From contig OX597823.1 of assembly GCA_951406725.2 (NCBI GenBank), positions 53,382,001 through 53,446,000 on the forward strand: a stretch of 64,000 nucleotides of DNA, written 5' to 3'. Positions 15,085 through 29,674 of this stretch are shown in pieces. Within the stretch, counting starts at the first letter, position 1. Every line of letters starts with the position of its first letter. Below the pieces are notes generated by a model. The model searched no databases and was not told where the DNA came from. It saw nothing but the letters and a program-made list of their open reading frames with translations. The stretch comes from Octopus vulgaris (taxonomy: Eukaryota). Made by a program: the position numbers and the translations under genes.

Positions 15085-15237
15085 ATTACGTTCTGAGTTC
15101 AAATTCTGCCGAGGTCGACTTTGCCTTTCATACATTTGGACTCGATAAAATAAGTACCAATGAAATTCAAGGGGTTAATGTAATCGACTTCCTCTTTCTC
15201 CTTAAAGTATTGCTAGCCTTATTCCGAAATTAGAAAA
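15085..15237 (+). mobile_element. SINE family B, 5'-truncated
   Basis: TTACGTTCTGAGTTCAAATTCTGCCGAGGTCGACTTTGCCTTTCAT. Confidence 0.8.
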
Positions 15238-16751
15238 AAATATTACACTATACCTGAAAAAAATAAAAACGCCATTATGTTCACTGGTAGAAAGATTTCA
15301 GTCCTTTTGCTCGTAGGTCAGTTGGATCAGAGCTAACCACGGACTACAAGAACAAGAAATATACTAATTCCACCATTTCAACACCAGCAGTAACCACAAT
15401 TAGAAGATCGTCATAATAGTAAACATGAGAGGGGAAAAAAATTAGCATTATTTCATATAACGTAAATGGAATTTTCTCAAATAAAAACATTAACAAATCA
15501 AAAAGCAAGCAATGTTACTACAATACGTTATGTGTTAGTTCAGCGCAAGAAAAATATATTTCAAAATCGATATCGATAGAAATCCAAGAGAACTTTTAGC
15601 CCACATATTGTTTTGGTAAAGTGGACACCTTCCGACTATTCTTTTTCGCATAACTGTTTTCTGTCTGGCATATCCGTGGTAGATACTTAAAAGCTTGTCA
15701 TTCAAATTCTTAAAAGCATGCATGACAAACAGTAACTGATGTCTATGTGAATCATGGAACGAGTGTTACCTCAATCATTGCTACTAATACCAATATCTGT
15801 TCCGACTGTGAATTTCTTTTCTCAACAGACATCTTGCCAAGTAGGTCATACTCGTATGTTTTTCTTTATTATTTTAATATCGCGAAACGATTCTTCCTTT
15901 GGAAGATTGGCAGAATTTTTAAAGAGTCGGTCAAAATGCTGCTTGTATATTAAGATATGTAACAAATGGTGTTTGTAGTGGATCCTTATATTTTTGAGTT
16001 CAAACCCTTCTTAGGTGAACTTTACGTCTCATCCTACAAGGGTCAATCAAATAAAGTACCTTCAAATCTTCGGGTTTATTTAATCGGCTATCACCTCACC
16101 ACAAAAGTAATTTATATCAAAGATGAGCTTGGAAAATGATAGAGTCGGTAGAACTATGGGTAGAGTTCATTGAGGTGCTTAATCTGTCTCTTTGAGTTCA
16201 AATCCCGCTGATGACGTCTTTACATTTCATCCTTAAGGTGTCGATAATTAAAGTACTAGTTCCATACTGAGATCTATTCTTTCTCTTTATTTATTTCTCT
16301 TGAATCAGCTACGGTTGTTTTGTGTGAATGCTTGGAGGGTATCATGCAAAGCGTTGCTTTCTTCAGAAATGGAGACGGGTTGAACGAAAGACTAGCAACC
16401 TTCTCTTATGCAAAACCTGAACTGCTACAAGAATTTTTCAAAAACGATTTGATATGCAATGAAGCACAGATCGGTAAAGCAATTTACAATACTTTTGAAA
16501 GATATTTGACTGCTGTTTCTAGGATCTCCTTCCAGATTGATTTTCGTCTATTTGCTCCAAATTCTGTAACTCATATCACTAGAAATATCTATTTCTAACT
16601 ATGTTACTATTTTTTGCACCAAGTGTTTCCCACAAGTAGGGAGATTATCACCACCACCACCACAATTACTATTAATTTCTACCACCACTATCACCGCAAA
16701 TGTTACCATTGATGTCATCACCATCATAGTGCTATCAATTATGTTATTTCC

Positions 16752-16800
<49 letters not shown>

Positions 16801-17939
16801 AAGTTGCATCTTTTGCTCTGAAATGAGTCAAGGAATACCTTTTAGGTACACTCTTCATAACGATATTCCTTAAAAAAAAAAAACTGATTTCTTTTTCCCG
16901 CGCCACCTTCATTCTGTATGGATAAACGAATAGATAATATATACTTCTGTAATCTTGAGGCAATAATAACCTCTTTCGTACTCCCCTGATGTTTCCAATA
17001 AGGTCTACTAAACATATTTTTACTATTGAGAAAATCTAACAGTCGTTTATCACACAAACAATACCTACTCCAACCACAAAACTACTTCCAACGTGAGAAA
17101 AATGTTTATAGTTATCAATATATTCACATTCTCCTCATCCCTTGTAATACAAATTATTCAAGTTGCTAAACTGCAAGGCCTATCTCATACCATTCTTCTC
17201 TAACACTATCTTTCGTTTTCCTTTTTTTTTTATTTATTTATTTCTCCCAAACATTATTATTACACTATTCACACAAAATACAATTACACTCTGCATAAAT
17301 CTTGACCTCTCTCAAAACCTCGTTCTAGTATTCCCTCGAAACATTATTCTTCTGTTCACTCGAAAATCCGTTCTGCTATTCTTTTCAAATAATACTCTGC
17401 TACTCTATTGAAGCATAGTAATACTATCAACTCGTATTCTACAATTCTCAAAAACTTAACCTCTCTTTAACATTATTAATCTAACAGAAAATTACATTGA
17501 GCTGAAGGCAATTATAGCTTAGCTGAAATAATCAAGATGTTGATTTTTAAAAAAATATATATATTGAAAATTTGTGAATTAAAATCATTATTTCATACAA
17601 GTTAATTTCAGTTCAATGAGTATATTTCTATACCAAATATATTAATCATTCCTGGAGCATTATTGTACCATTTTAGTATCCCTTTAGTTATAGGTCATTG
17701 CATTTATCTTTAACCCGTCAACCACTGATGTTATTGTAGTACATTTTGAAGTATCTCGTTAATATATATAAATCATACAAGCGTTATTTTCTAAATTTCT
17801 TTTTCTCTCTTTCTGTTTTTCTACTTCTATCTATATCAATCTTCCTCTTTATAACCTATAACACTAAGTAATGATTACTTCCTTGATCCATAGTAGTAAT
17901 ACAGAATTTCTAATATAATTTTCTTATAGTAATAACTGG

Positions 17940-18263
17940 TACTCCGTCGGTCACGACGATGATTGTTCCAGTTGATCCAGTCAATGGAACAACCTGCTTG
18001 AGAAAGCAACGTGCAAGTGGCTGAGCACCCTGCAAACACGCGTACCCTTAACACAGTTCTCAAGGAGATTCAGTGAGACACAGAATGCGTCAAGGCTGGC
18101 CCTTTGAAATACAGATACTACTCATTTTTTTTTTCCAGTTGAGTGGACTGGAGCATTGTAAAATAAAGTGTCTTGCTCAAGGACACAACGCGCCGCCAGG
18201 AATCGAACTCACCACCTAACGACTCTGATTCGAATATCCCTAACCACTAAGCCACGAACCTTC
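17940..18263 (-). mobile_element. SINE family C, full length
   Basis: Head on minus strand has GTGGCTTAGTGGTTAGGG (A-box) and GAGTTCGATTCC (B-box), followed by TGTGTCCTTGAGCAAGACAC. Confidence 0.88.
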
Positions 18264-19404
18264 ACTCTAACAGTAACATGTGTTTATCAACAGATGGCTC
18301 ATGCTCAACCTTTCGTATAGACTCACAAGAGCTCAAGTAGACCGTGTCTCCGTTTTCTAACGATGTTATCCAATAATAAATTGTCTTTGTCTTCCGAAAT
18401 GGTAACTTTATCAAACACTCTAAATATCTTGAGCAAAGATCACTGGGACAAAAAGATCAGCTTACTTACCAATTATTTTGCAGTCAGTTTAACGAAATGA
18501 TATCTATAATTAAACCTATCTACTGCTACACACTATCCATTTGATTCCAGACTGTTCTATATATAACAACAGTAATAATGCACTAATGTTCCCTAATGAT
18601 TTATAAGGGGAAGCTAGCTCTACATTCAGATTAGCAGGGAATATTTTCTCGCTGTCTATGAGTTTTCTCTCCAAATGAAATTTGAGACTTCAAAGAGAAA
18701 TATAAGTAATTGCATGTGCAACTTTGATTTACCGTATTTTTCTCAGATTGTCTTATCAGAAGGCTTTCATCTCTTCTAAGCAATTTTCGAGTAATATTTT
18801 ACAAAAATTATTCTAATTATATCTAAATATATTCAACCAAGTAACTAAGTAAATTAGATTCCACTTCTCCAGCGGTACAAATATTTACTTCTTGCCAGCA
18901 AGTTAACTTTTCTCGTTTATACAGCACTTTTGAACGACTTGTCACATATCAAGTAACATTAATTCTTAAAACTTCAGCTTTTAGTTGAAGAAAACTTACG
19001 TATGTTGAAGCATTATACTTTGACTGAAGTTACGGAAACAACCAACGTACGAGAACTTTTCATGCAAACATTAAAAGAATTGTGTCCAAAGGCCGCATTG
19101 TATAAATGTTATTAATAAAGAAAATGTGAATACCATACTATTGTGTCTGTATGGTGGAGGCTAGCAAACGTTATGCAAGAAACAATGTAGAGACTTCGAC
19201 AGCTGGAAAAACTGTGTCTGAATAAAAACTATATTCACTTTACAGATAAGGAAAAGCGGTCTTCATAACGCTATCGAAAATCATATGGTTCTTTGTAAGA
19301 TTGCTTGTCAAAACCCATGAAGATTGTTTAGCTCAATGTGTCAAATATACCTAGCACATTTGTGGTCAACAAGTATTTTACCGTCAACACTAAAATATCT
19401 TTCA

Positions 19405-19439
<35 letters not shown>

Positions 19440-19755
19440 ATTCTTTAAAGCTAGTTCCTATAAGAAATCACTATAGAAAATACATCTTACCATTTTCATT
19501 GTCACTTTCACTATACAGCTTCCCTATTGATCCAGTACTCACCTCTTTCTCATTCAGGTGATGAGAGCAATCTTCGTTACTGTGATGTAACACAATGAAA
19601 GCTTTATGGAAGCAGCAAGCTTTTTAAACATTAGTCACACAAAGGACATCAGAATATATACATTCGAATTTACATGGAAGAGTGAATGTGTAAACATGGG
19701 GGGAAAGCGTGGATGTGTGCCTGTGTTGGCGCATGTATAGATATGTGTCTGTATA

Positions 19756-19910
<155 letters not shown>

Positions 19911-20207
19911 ATGAACAGCATAGAGCTAAAATCAAGATTTGAATAAGTCTAAACCAAAAATCAGCTTCAAAATTTTCACCAACGCAATTCGTCATGGAAA
20001 TTTTTTTTTAATCTAACAACTTTTCATATTTTTCTCATATCCAGAGCAAAGGGTATTTGTATTTTTATGAAATAAAATGCACAAACAAATGCATACATTA
20101 ATGTATGCATACATACACACACACACACACACATATATATATGTATGAATGTATGTATGTTTGTATGTATATGCATGAACGCGCGCGCACACACACACAC
20201 ACACACT

Positions 20208-20757
20208 TGAGGCACGTGTCTTTAATGTCTTCTACTATGACTCCGGGCCGAATCACATTGGTTGGCGGAAACTGAAAGAAGCTTGTCACGTATATGTGCG
20301 TGCGTGTGTGTGTGTGCGTACGTGTGTGTGTATATGTGTGTGTGCGTGTATGTTTGAATGCATATGTATGTGTTTGAGTGTGCGTGTGTGTTTTTGTTTG
20401 TTCCACCACCACTACTTGACGGAAACGGCTTTGGTTTGTTTACGTCAAGTTCGGCAAAAAGGAACCGATAGAATAAGAGCCATACTTTCAAAATGAAATA
20501 TATAAATAAAGTCCTGGGGTCGATTTGTTCGACTAAACCCTTCAAAGTTTAGTCGAACAGCCCAATCAATGTAGTCTAATCACTGAAACAAGTAAAATAA
20601 AATATACGATATGTATACATACACGATGGACTTCGGTGGCATTGGCCAACCCATCGATATGTTAGAAAACACTTACCCAAAGTGACGTCCAGTGATATCG
20701 AACTCGGATAAGCGTAGCTGGGAAGTGACCTTCTGAACCAAACATCCATGCCTGCTG
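20208..20757. mobile_element. SINE family A (+, 20208-20602) followed by a degraded family A head (-, ~20620-20757)
   Basis: Core GGAAACTGAAAGAAGC and tail on +; degraded reverse-complement head immediately after. Confidence 0.75.
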
Positions 20758-21723
20758 CTTGTAATAGCGTCACCGTATTTTGAGATTGTATCAAAAAAAG
20801 AGAAAGAAAATTGTTTTTACTGAAGGAGGTGTAAATGTAGTTTTAAAGATTGTCTAGAAGGAATTAGCAGATGTTATTACTGCCAGGCGTGTGACACAGG
20901 CGAATCAAAGAACTTTGATTTTGATGACAAGACACTGCTACAATGAACGCACTTTGATAATGATGTCAGCTGGGATATGATTATCGGAAACAGCAATTTT
21001 TAGCTCAGCCAATATCAAAGGGATTTGATACTTACGTCTTCTTACTGTTTATAATCTAACAGAGCAACGATTACTTTCGATTGCCTTCGACTTGAAGTTT
21101 GTCAATGACTTGTTTGAAAACTCTAGATATACACACACACACACACACACAGACTCGAATAGATGACTGAATGCTGAAATAAAAATAGTGAAGCAATACT
21201 GCAAGCATGTACTACTACGCGTAATTTAGTACTATTTGTTTATGCCTGGGTTAGTGAAAGGGTATTGGGACGCCTTGTGGGCAGAGGGGATTTTAAAAAC
21301 CCTCTCAAAAGCGAATGGGTCTTTTTTTAGATTTTTAAGCCACTGGTATTCATATAATGGGCTTGGAGATGGATGCCAACAAAATTATCTTACTTTATAA
21401 AACAACTAAATGGAAGTCAGAAAAAATACAGAGACTATAGTGGAACACACTTGTGCAAGATGCTATACAGTGGGACTGAATACAAAACCACGTGGTTGAA
21501 AACCAAGCTACTTAACCATACAGCCATGCTTCATCCTTATATATGAATAAACACAATATAAAATGAATATGTTTGAGTATTGAGCGTATAGGCGTCATAT
21601 CAGGTCACCTTTTACAAATACGTCTATGTGAGATGTACTTCTTTAGGTTTTCTTTACAAGAGCTTACACAGCACATTAATAAATTTTGCTCGTTTAGCAT
21701 ATTTAATATATTTTAAAACTATA

Positions 21724-21954
21724 TATTTTTTTACTACCCACAAGGGGCTAAACATAGAGGGGACAAACAAGGACAGACAAACGGATTAAGTCCATTACAT
21801 CGACCCCAGTTCGTAACTGGTACTTAATTTATCGACCCCGAAAGAATGAAAGTTAAAGTCGACCTCGGCGGAATTTGAAATCAGAACGTAACGGCAGACG
21901 AAATACGGCTACGCATTTCGCCCGGCGTGCTAACGTTTCTGCCAGCTCGCCGCC
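21724..21954 (-). mobile_element. Young full-length SINE family B with 15-bp TSD
   Basis: TATTTTAAAACTATA flanks both ends (21709-21723 and 21955-21969). Confidence 0.92.
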
Positions 21955-23492
21955 TATTTTAAAACTATAACCATGCACATGTATGTACGCGTGTTTGAGT
22001 CTGCAACTTATAGAATAGGAGTTCGATTCTGGTTTGAGTTATTTTAAATTTTCATTTCACGTTTCTCGTAATCCATTATTCAATTCGTAGCCATGATGAC
22101 TAATTTGATATGCTGCTGTTAGAGGGATCTCTTGACGCGGAGAAATAGCTACAAGTAACTAGAAATACTTGAACACTTGTTAGGTTCTTAGATTATGTTG
22201 GGTTCTAAACATTACGTCATCATTAATGGTTTTCGTCCAGCATTATTCCATTATTATAGTAAAGTATGTTTGTAAAGAAATTTTGCCTTTCTTTTTATGG
22301 ACAGTCCAGAAGAAGACTTTACAGTGTATTCTGATTAAATAAAGAATAATAAAGGTAATAATAAAATAATAATAATAAAGATTCATTTGAATTAACTTCG
22401 TGATACAAATAAGAAATTCTTCTGAAATTGTTAGAGAAAATCAGAAAGCAAAACAATAAACAAAAAAAAATTTAAAAAACGTTCAATGAGTTAGCTATAA
22501 TTACCGGAATCAAGTTATCTCCCTTGATTCTTTATACGTCCCCTACTATATGATGTAAGCAGCAAAGGCAAAATGACCAATGGACGCCATTACTAGTAAG
22601 TAGATGATGAAGAAAAAATTCTTAATTTTTCTTTCCTACTACCGTTAGAGATATTTCCGAAGTGTTTTGTCTGTTTTAAGAGGAATTGTATCTTAATACA
22701 ATAGAAACGAAATAAAAGCAATTGCGGAAGTTGCAGATTTGATTTCGAGCGGAAATTAAGCTAAACACTTTGCAATATAATTAGAAGAAAAACGAATTTT
22801 CAAAGGCAATTTTAAGTTATGTTATAGTTGTTCTTCTTATTGCTGTTCTCTCTCTCTCCTTCTCTCTCTCTCCGAGCTCTCCCACTATCTCGCTCTCTCC
22901 CCCCTCTCGCTCTCTCTCCGAATGTTAAAACTTATAAGTAAAAGAAAGATAGCTAGTATGAGAAAGTATAAAAAAAGTGTTTTGTGTTCGTTCAATTTTC
23001 TTTCACCACCCCCACACACACACACACACATCATTTTATATATCTGGCACGCGCGCGTGTGAGTGTGTATTTGTTTCTGTGTGTATGTATGTCTGCGTAC
23101 GACTTTGTATGTTTGTGGAGGGCGCTTAAAATTTGTGAAGTATTTTTGCATCTTCTGTGTCCAACGTTGATGAAAATCTTTAAAATAATGACCGAAAACC
23201 ACGTATTGGGTATTTAATTATTTTCTAATAGAACATATTACGGACCATTCCATTGTTCTTTCGAATTTCATCTCAACTCTACTTGCACGACTTTCAGATG
23301 TTTCTTTCCTTGTTTTTATTATTCATTTACTTTAGAATAATTTGTTTATTTTTACCTTATTTCATTAGTTTCCTCATCTTTAGAGAAGTCAAGCAAATAT
23401 ACTTAAGAAAAATAATAGTCCTCTAGTCTAAAATCAAATTGTTATTGATACTCCTTGCTTACAAAACGTTGGATGAAGTGCTTGGAATAAAC

Positions 23493-23654
23493 GCGCAGGC
23501 ATGACTGCATGATAAGAAGATTCTTTCCTCAACACATGGTTTCAGGTTCAATCCCAATGCGTGGCACATTGGACAAATGTCTTTCATTACAGCTTCGGGC
23601 CGACCAAATTCGATCACAAAGATTTGGTCGACGGAACCTGAGAGAAGCCAATCG

Positions 23655-23709
<55 letters not shown>

Positions 23710-24094
23710 TTGTGCGTGCATATACGAATATATTGACATATACGTGCATATACGAATTCAAGCACATATATATATATGTAGATATATATATATATTTGTG
23801 CGATTTATATATGTATCATTAAAAATATATGTATATTTGAACATAAATACTTGTATATATATATATATATATATATATATGGGGTGAGGCTTGTTTGTGC
23901 CTGTGTCTGTTCCCTTCAACCGTTTAACAACCGGTGTTAGTGTGTTTGCGTCCGCGTAATATAGTGGTACAGCAAAACAACCGACAAAAAAAGTACCATG
24001 CTTAAAAAAATTAAGAAGTGGGATCGATTCTTTCGATTAAAAGTTCTTCAACGCACTGCTCCAGTATTGCCGCAGTTTAACGATGGAAACATGT
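23493..24094 (+). mobile_element. SINE family A split by an expanded internal TA-rich tract
   Basis: Head at 23493-23656 and 3' half at ~23890-24094, collinear. Confidence 0.75.
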
Positions 24095-24182
24095 GTCCTT
24101 TGAAAGACTAAACGTATTATCCCTCACGAAAAAACAGACGAAGGTTTTTTTTCAAAAGAGGACACATTAGATAAAGAATTCA

Positions 24183-24218
24183 TATAGAATAGAATGGAAG
24201 GGAATAGAATAGAATAGA

Positions 24219-24308
<90 letters not shown>

Positions 24309-24352
24309 GGATGGATGGATGGATGGATGGATGGATGGATGGATGGATGGAT
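24183..24352. repeat. (AATAG)n-(GATA)n-(GGAT)n microsatellite
   Basis: Direct inspection. Confidence 0.95.
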
Positions 24353-24662
24353 AAATGTGTGTGTGTGTACGTCCACGCATACATTCATTGTATTTACGTT
24401 TATACATACACACACGTATTTACATACACATATATACACACAAACGCATGTTTATTTCTGTATGCATAGCTATATAATTACAAATTAGTGTGTGCATAGA
24501 TATGTTCATTTATGTATATGTATCAGTAAAATATCTGTATATTTGTATATAAATGCTTGTATATATGTGTATAGATGTTGTTTTGTTTTGTGTATGGATA
24601 TACATAAGTGTATATACAACTATGCATCTAAGGAAGTTTGGTATAATTTTAAATGTACGTAC

Positions 24663-24745
<83 letters not shown>

Positions 24746-25250
24746 GATATGCATAGATATGCACAAATTAATAATTTTATATAAATATATGTATATATTT
24801 GTATATATATATTTAGCTAAGCATATATATATATATACACACACAAACATACAGACATACATGTACATATACATATATATATATATAAACACATATCTAT
24901 GTATGAATATATTTGTACACAAACACGCACACATATATTTGTATATATGTAGATATATATATATATATGCATATATAAAAATATATATTTATATATATAC
25001 ACACGAATATTGATTGACGTATGTGTAGATATATATATTTATGTGATTTATATTTGTGATGTATTTTAATGCATTTTTCTCTCCCTTCCTCTCTGTCTCT
25101 CTGTATATATGCTTGTGTGTGTGTTTCTATGTAGATAGATAGATAAAGAGATAGATAATTGGTAGGTGGGTAAGTTGTTAGGTAGGTAGGTAGGTTGATA
25201 TGCATGTATGCAGGTAACCATGTAGAGTAGATAGGTGGGTAGAGATATAC

Positions 25251-25455
25251 TTTTCTTTTCTACTCTATGCTCAAAGCCCGAAATTATGAGGGAGGGGCCA
25301 GTCGATAAGATCGACTCCAGTACGCAACAGGTACTTAATTTATTGACCCCGAAAGGGATAAAAAGCAAAGTCGACCTCGGCGGAATTTAAACTAAGAACC
25401 TAAATATCGCTAAGCATTTCACCCGGCGAGCTAACATTTCTGCCAGCTAGCCGCC
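25251..25455 (-). mobile_element. SINE family B, alternative tail
   Basis: B head and core, with tail CTACTCTATGCTCAAAGCCCGAAATT..GGAGGGG. Confidence 0.82.
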
Positions 25456-26369
25456 CTGGTTAGGTACACCTGGTTAGGTATATTAAAAAATATTGATACA
25501 TATATAGCCGTACATGTATATATATATATATATATAAGTAAATATCTCCGTATAGTTAGATAGTTAGACACACATACACGCACACATATATATATATATA
25601 CGTAAATTCATACATACACAAATGCACGCGTGCACGCACTCATACACACACATATATATATATGAAATGTTCTTTATATACATATGTTTATTGTACCTAT
25701 GTATAATATGTATAATAATGCATATATGTAATATAATATATAAGCACGGATATATGTAATAAATTCAAGGCATGTATACATATATATATACAAATTTATA
25801 TATACACACACACACACACAACACAAACACACACACACACAAAAACACACAAATACATACACGAATATTATCCACCACTTGAGCAGTAACTTTGAAAGTA
25901 TACCTTTGAAAGCCTGGGTAATACTGGGTAATATCGCACACATGCAATAATTATAACTCAACTTTTGTGAACTTTCCTGGTGCTTAGTATATAAAAATGA
26001 TGAAGCGAATACTGAATTTCGAAAGAAAAATATGCTCTATCTCAAAATAAATGAAGTAAAACACATATTTTGTTTTATTTGCAACCCCTCTCATAACTAT
26101 TCCGTTATTTACTCCCGCCTTCCCTCCCCTTCCTCCTCCACCTCTCGTGCTCATCCTCTTCCCGCCCTGTCTTCATGCTTTTTTTTTCTCCCACGACGTT
26201 CGTTCACTCATTGCCTGTCAACATGCCTACTATGAGCATTTGTCCAGCACCTCTTGTGCTAATGCTAATCCCTGTGTATCTCACGTTTATTCTCCTCTCT
26301 CCATACGAAGTGTCATATAACATTGTTACGTCTATTGTTATTAGTTTTATAATCAGTTGTATCATAATG

Positions 26370-26401
<32 letters not shown>

Positions 26402-26416
26402 TATTGTTATTATTAC

Positions 26417-26467
<51 letters not shown>

Positions 26468-27137
26468 TATGGCAAAAATGATTAGAATGAGTGGAAATAC
26501 GCTAACGGTTGTCAGGCGAGGGCTCATGCCTTTAATGGGCAGATCCAGAGCAATCTTCGATTTGTACAGTTCCTTGATTAGCCCTTGTGGGCGATTTTTC
26601 TATATCGGAAGGACTGTATCACCCTTGGGTTCACAATTTTTTATACTATGCATACTTTTCTCTCCCTCTCTCCCTTTCCCTCCCTTTCCTCTCTCTCTCT
26701 CCTCCCTCTCTCCCTCTTTCTCTCTCTCTCCCCCTCTCTCTCCCTCACTCTGTTGCCCTCTTCTTTTTATGTAAGCCTTCACACAAAATGTAAACTTTTC
26801 TGTAATGTCCTCTTTCATTAGCTATCCCTGCGGCAAGTGGCAAAATTGCTTAGAGGGGATGGCCCGACTCTAAATATGCGCCTGTCGATTAGAGAGCAGG
26901 AGGGAGAAGGCCCTTACCTTTGGTAGACAGGTTAATCCTTGATCTGTGCCGTTCCTTGATTGGCTCTGGTTGGAGTTTGTCTTGTATTGTTTTGTATATG
27001 TGTATTTTATCACATTTCTCTGTCCTTTCCTTTCCATTTCTTTCTTCTCACCGTTAATGTAAATTTTCACACAAATTGTTGTCTGTCGTTGTAACCTCCC
27101 CATCTACTGTGCGCTTGGGGCAAATGAAAGAAATAGC

Positions 27138-27217
27138 AATAATAATAATAATAATAATGATAATAATAATAACCACAACAGCAAGAATAACAGCAGCAGC
27201 AGTAGCAGTACCAGTAA

Positions 27218-27276
<59 letters not shown>

Positions 27277-27291
27277 ATTGTTGTTATGTTG

Positions 27292-27323
<32 letters not shown>

Positions 27324-27434
27324 GGTGGTGGTGGTGGTATTATTATTGTTATTATTATTATGATTATTATTATTATTATTATGATTATTATTATTATTAT
27401 TATTATGATTATTATTATTATTATTATTATTATG

Positions 27435-27500
<66 letters not shown>

Positions 27501-27503
27501 GTT
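27138..27503. repeat. Compound trinucleotide repeat (AAT)(GCA)(GTA)(GTT)(GGT)(ATT)
   Basis: Direct inspection. Confidence 0.95.
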
Positions 27504-28001
27504 ATCATATCGTTTATAAATCTCATGTATTACATAACTACATATGCTCATATATCAATTTCCGCATACCAACATACTTCTGTGAAAGTTATCCCTAGAG
27601 ATATATATGATAGAGAAGGAATGGAAGTTCCATACCGATTTGATAGATGATCCCGATTAATTTATGTTCAATGTTCAGAAGATAGATCCGTCTTTTGTCT
27701 TTTCTAGAACGACCTTCATTTGAAATAAATTCCTCGGCTGTATCCATACATATCATGTCAACACTCGTGACGTATGATTCTACGTCCTTCATCAAGCCTT
27801 AAAAAGGTCCATATACACCGTGGTAATGTCATAAAATGTTATCTCTTAGGGGAAATCTTACCTAAGGTCATCTAATGACTCACCTCTATATATTTACACT
27901 CAGCCTTATCTCTTTCTATATCCAGCTATCTCTCTATCTTCATATGTATATCCACTTCTGTTTACCTCTCTCTTCTCCTCTCTTCTCTCTTTCTCTCCTT
28001 C

Positions 28002-28037
<36 letters not shown>

Positions 28038-28440
28038 TCGTTTTCTCTATCTCTCTCTGTCTCTCTCACTCTCTCTCTCTCTCACTTTACCCAATATCTC
28101 CTTCTTAAACTCAGATCAATCAAGACAGCTGCATTTAATCATCTGATCCGAGATAAAAACTGAACCTGTGTTTGATAAGATCGATGAAAATAATTGATTT
28201 GTAAAGTCGAAACGGTATTCCAGCTTAGTGGAAATTAGAGAGACTGTTGTTATGTGATGAAGGTAACCTGGAAGATAGTGGTCAATATTAATTACTATCC
28301 GGACTAGTACCAGGGTTGTAATTAATGCTGTAAGGATATATTACACAGTATTTTCCCTCTCTCTACTTCTTTCTCATTCTCTATCTCTCCCTGTATGTGT
28401 GTGTGCGTGTGTGTATGTATGTAAAGTATATATATATATA

Positions 28441-28656
28441 AGTCGGCAAGTCTGCAGAATATTTAGCATGCGTAGCGGCGTTTCGTCCATCTTCACGTTC
28501 TGACTTCAAATTCCGTCGAAATCGGCTTTGCCTTTCATCTTTTTCACGGGTGTGGGGTGGGGGGCGATAAAATAAGTACCAGTTGAATACTATGGGCGAT
28601 GTAATCGGTTTAATTCCAGCCCGAAATTGCTGGCCCTGAGCCAAAATTTGAAACCA
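28441..28656 (+). mobile_element. SINE family B
   Basis: CTTTGCCTTTCATC..GATAAAATAAGTACCAGTT..GCCAAAATTTGAAACC. Confidence 0.8.
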
Positions 28657-28770
28657 GTATTACATGTAAATGCTAATTATAATAAGTTGATTTTTCTCCG
28701 CAAGTTCTTTTTTTTTTTTCTAAAATAATCTGAAATGAAATACCAGCAAGATCTTATTTCATACATAGAA

Positions 28771-29000
28771 TAAATTTGATAGACGGAAACTGAGAGAAGC
28801 CCATATATATATATATGTGTGTGTATGAATTCCAACCGGTGTTTGTGCGTTTACATCTCTGTAACTTAGCCCTTCGGTCCAAGAGCCCGATAGAAATAAT
28901 AAGTACTAGGGTCGATTCTTTGGACTAAATTTCTGCAGATCCAGATCGGTGCTCCAGCATGGCCGCAGTCTTATGACTGAAACAATTAAAAGAAAAAAGA
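28771..29000 (+). mobile_element. SINE family A, headless
   Basis: GACGGAAACTGAGAGAAGCCC...GGTGCTCCAGCATGGCCGCAGTC. Confidence 0.8.
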
Positions 29001-29674
29001 ACAAAAAGCAGATAAAAAATTAGTCTGTCTGAGCTTCTGAATTACCGTTCACATTATCATCACCTGCAAACCTTGAAACGCTCGGAATAACTGTGTCAGA
29101 ACAGTATTCTGTCGTAGAAACATTTCCAAACCCTCAATTGTATCTCGATGCATATCAAAACTCAAGGGAGTCTCTACCTGGTTGCTAGATCTTCTAAAAA
29201 AAAAAAAAACAATAACATTTCTCTGAAATCACACTCTGTGGAACTGAAAGCTAAAAATGAGAAGACAATGGTCATGTCTGAAATATCTTTGAGGTTATAT
29301 CTGCTCAATAACAGATTGGTATTATCCTAACCATCAACAACAAGCAATTATAGTTATTGTTCTAATTTTTAATTTTCCCACTTCTGATATTTTTGTTGTT
29401 TTTAAATCTCATTGGAGAGCAATTTAGATTGTAATAAAATTAGCAACATTCTTGTAATCTTTGCTAGGCGTATATATAATGATTGAGCCGTTGATGTGTT
29501 CTCAATGAACCGAGACTACAGTCTTCGTTTTAATTTTTTGTTGTAGCATTTCACTTGTATCTCAACGCTATAAGAACCACTTCACCATCTGCCATAGTTT
29601 TATGAAGCTAAATGCACATAGCGGGATACTTCAGATTACGAACGTTTAAACAATTAATTGACTCAATTCATTAA

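Noticed and set aside
26565-26618. TACAGT...ACTGTA imperfect hairpin as a pre-miRNA
   Set aside because: Several bulges and a branched loop; the stem is too irregular.
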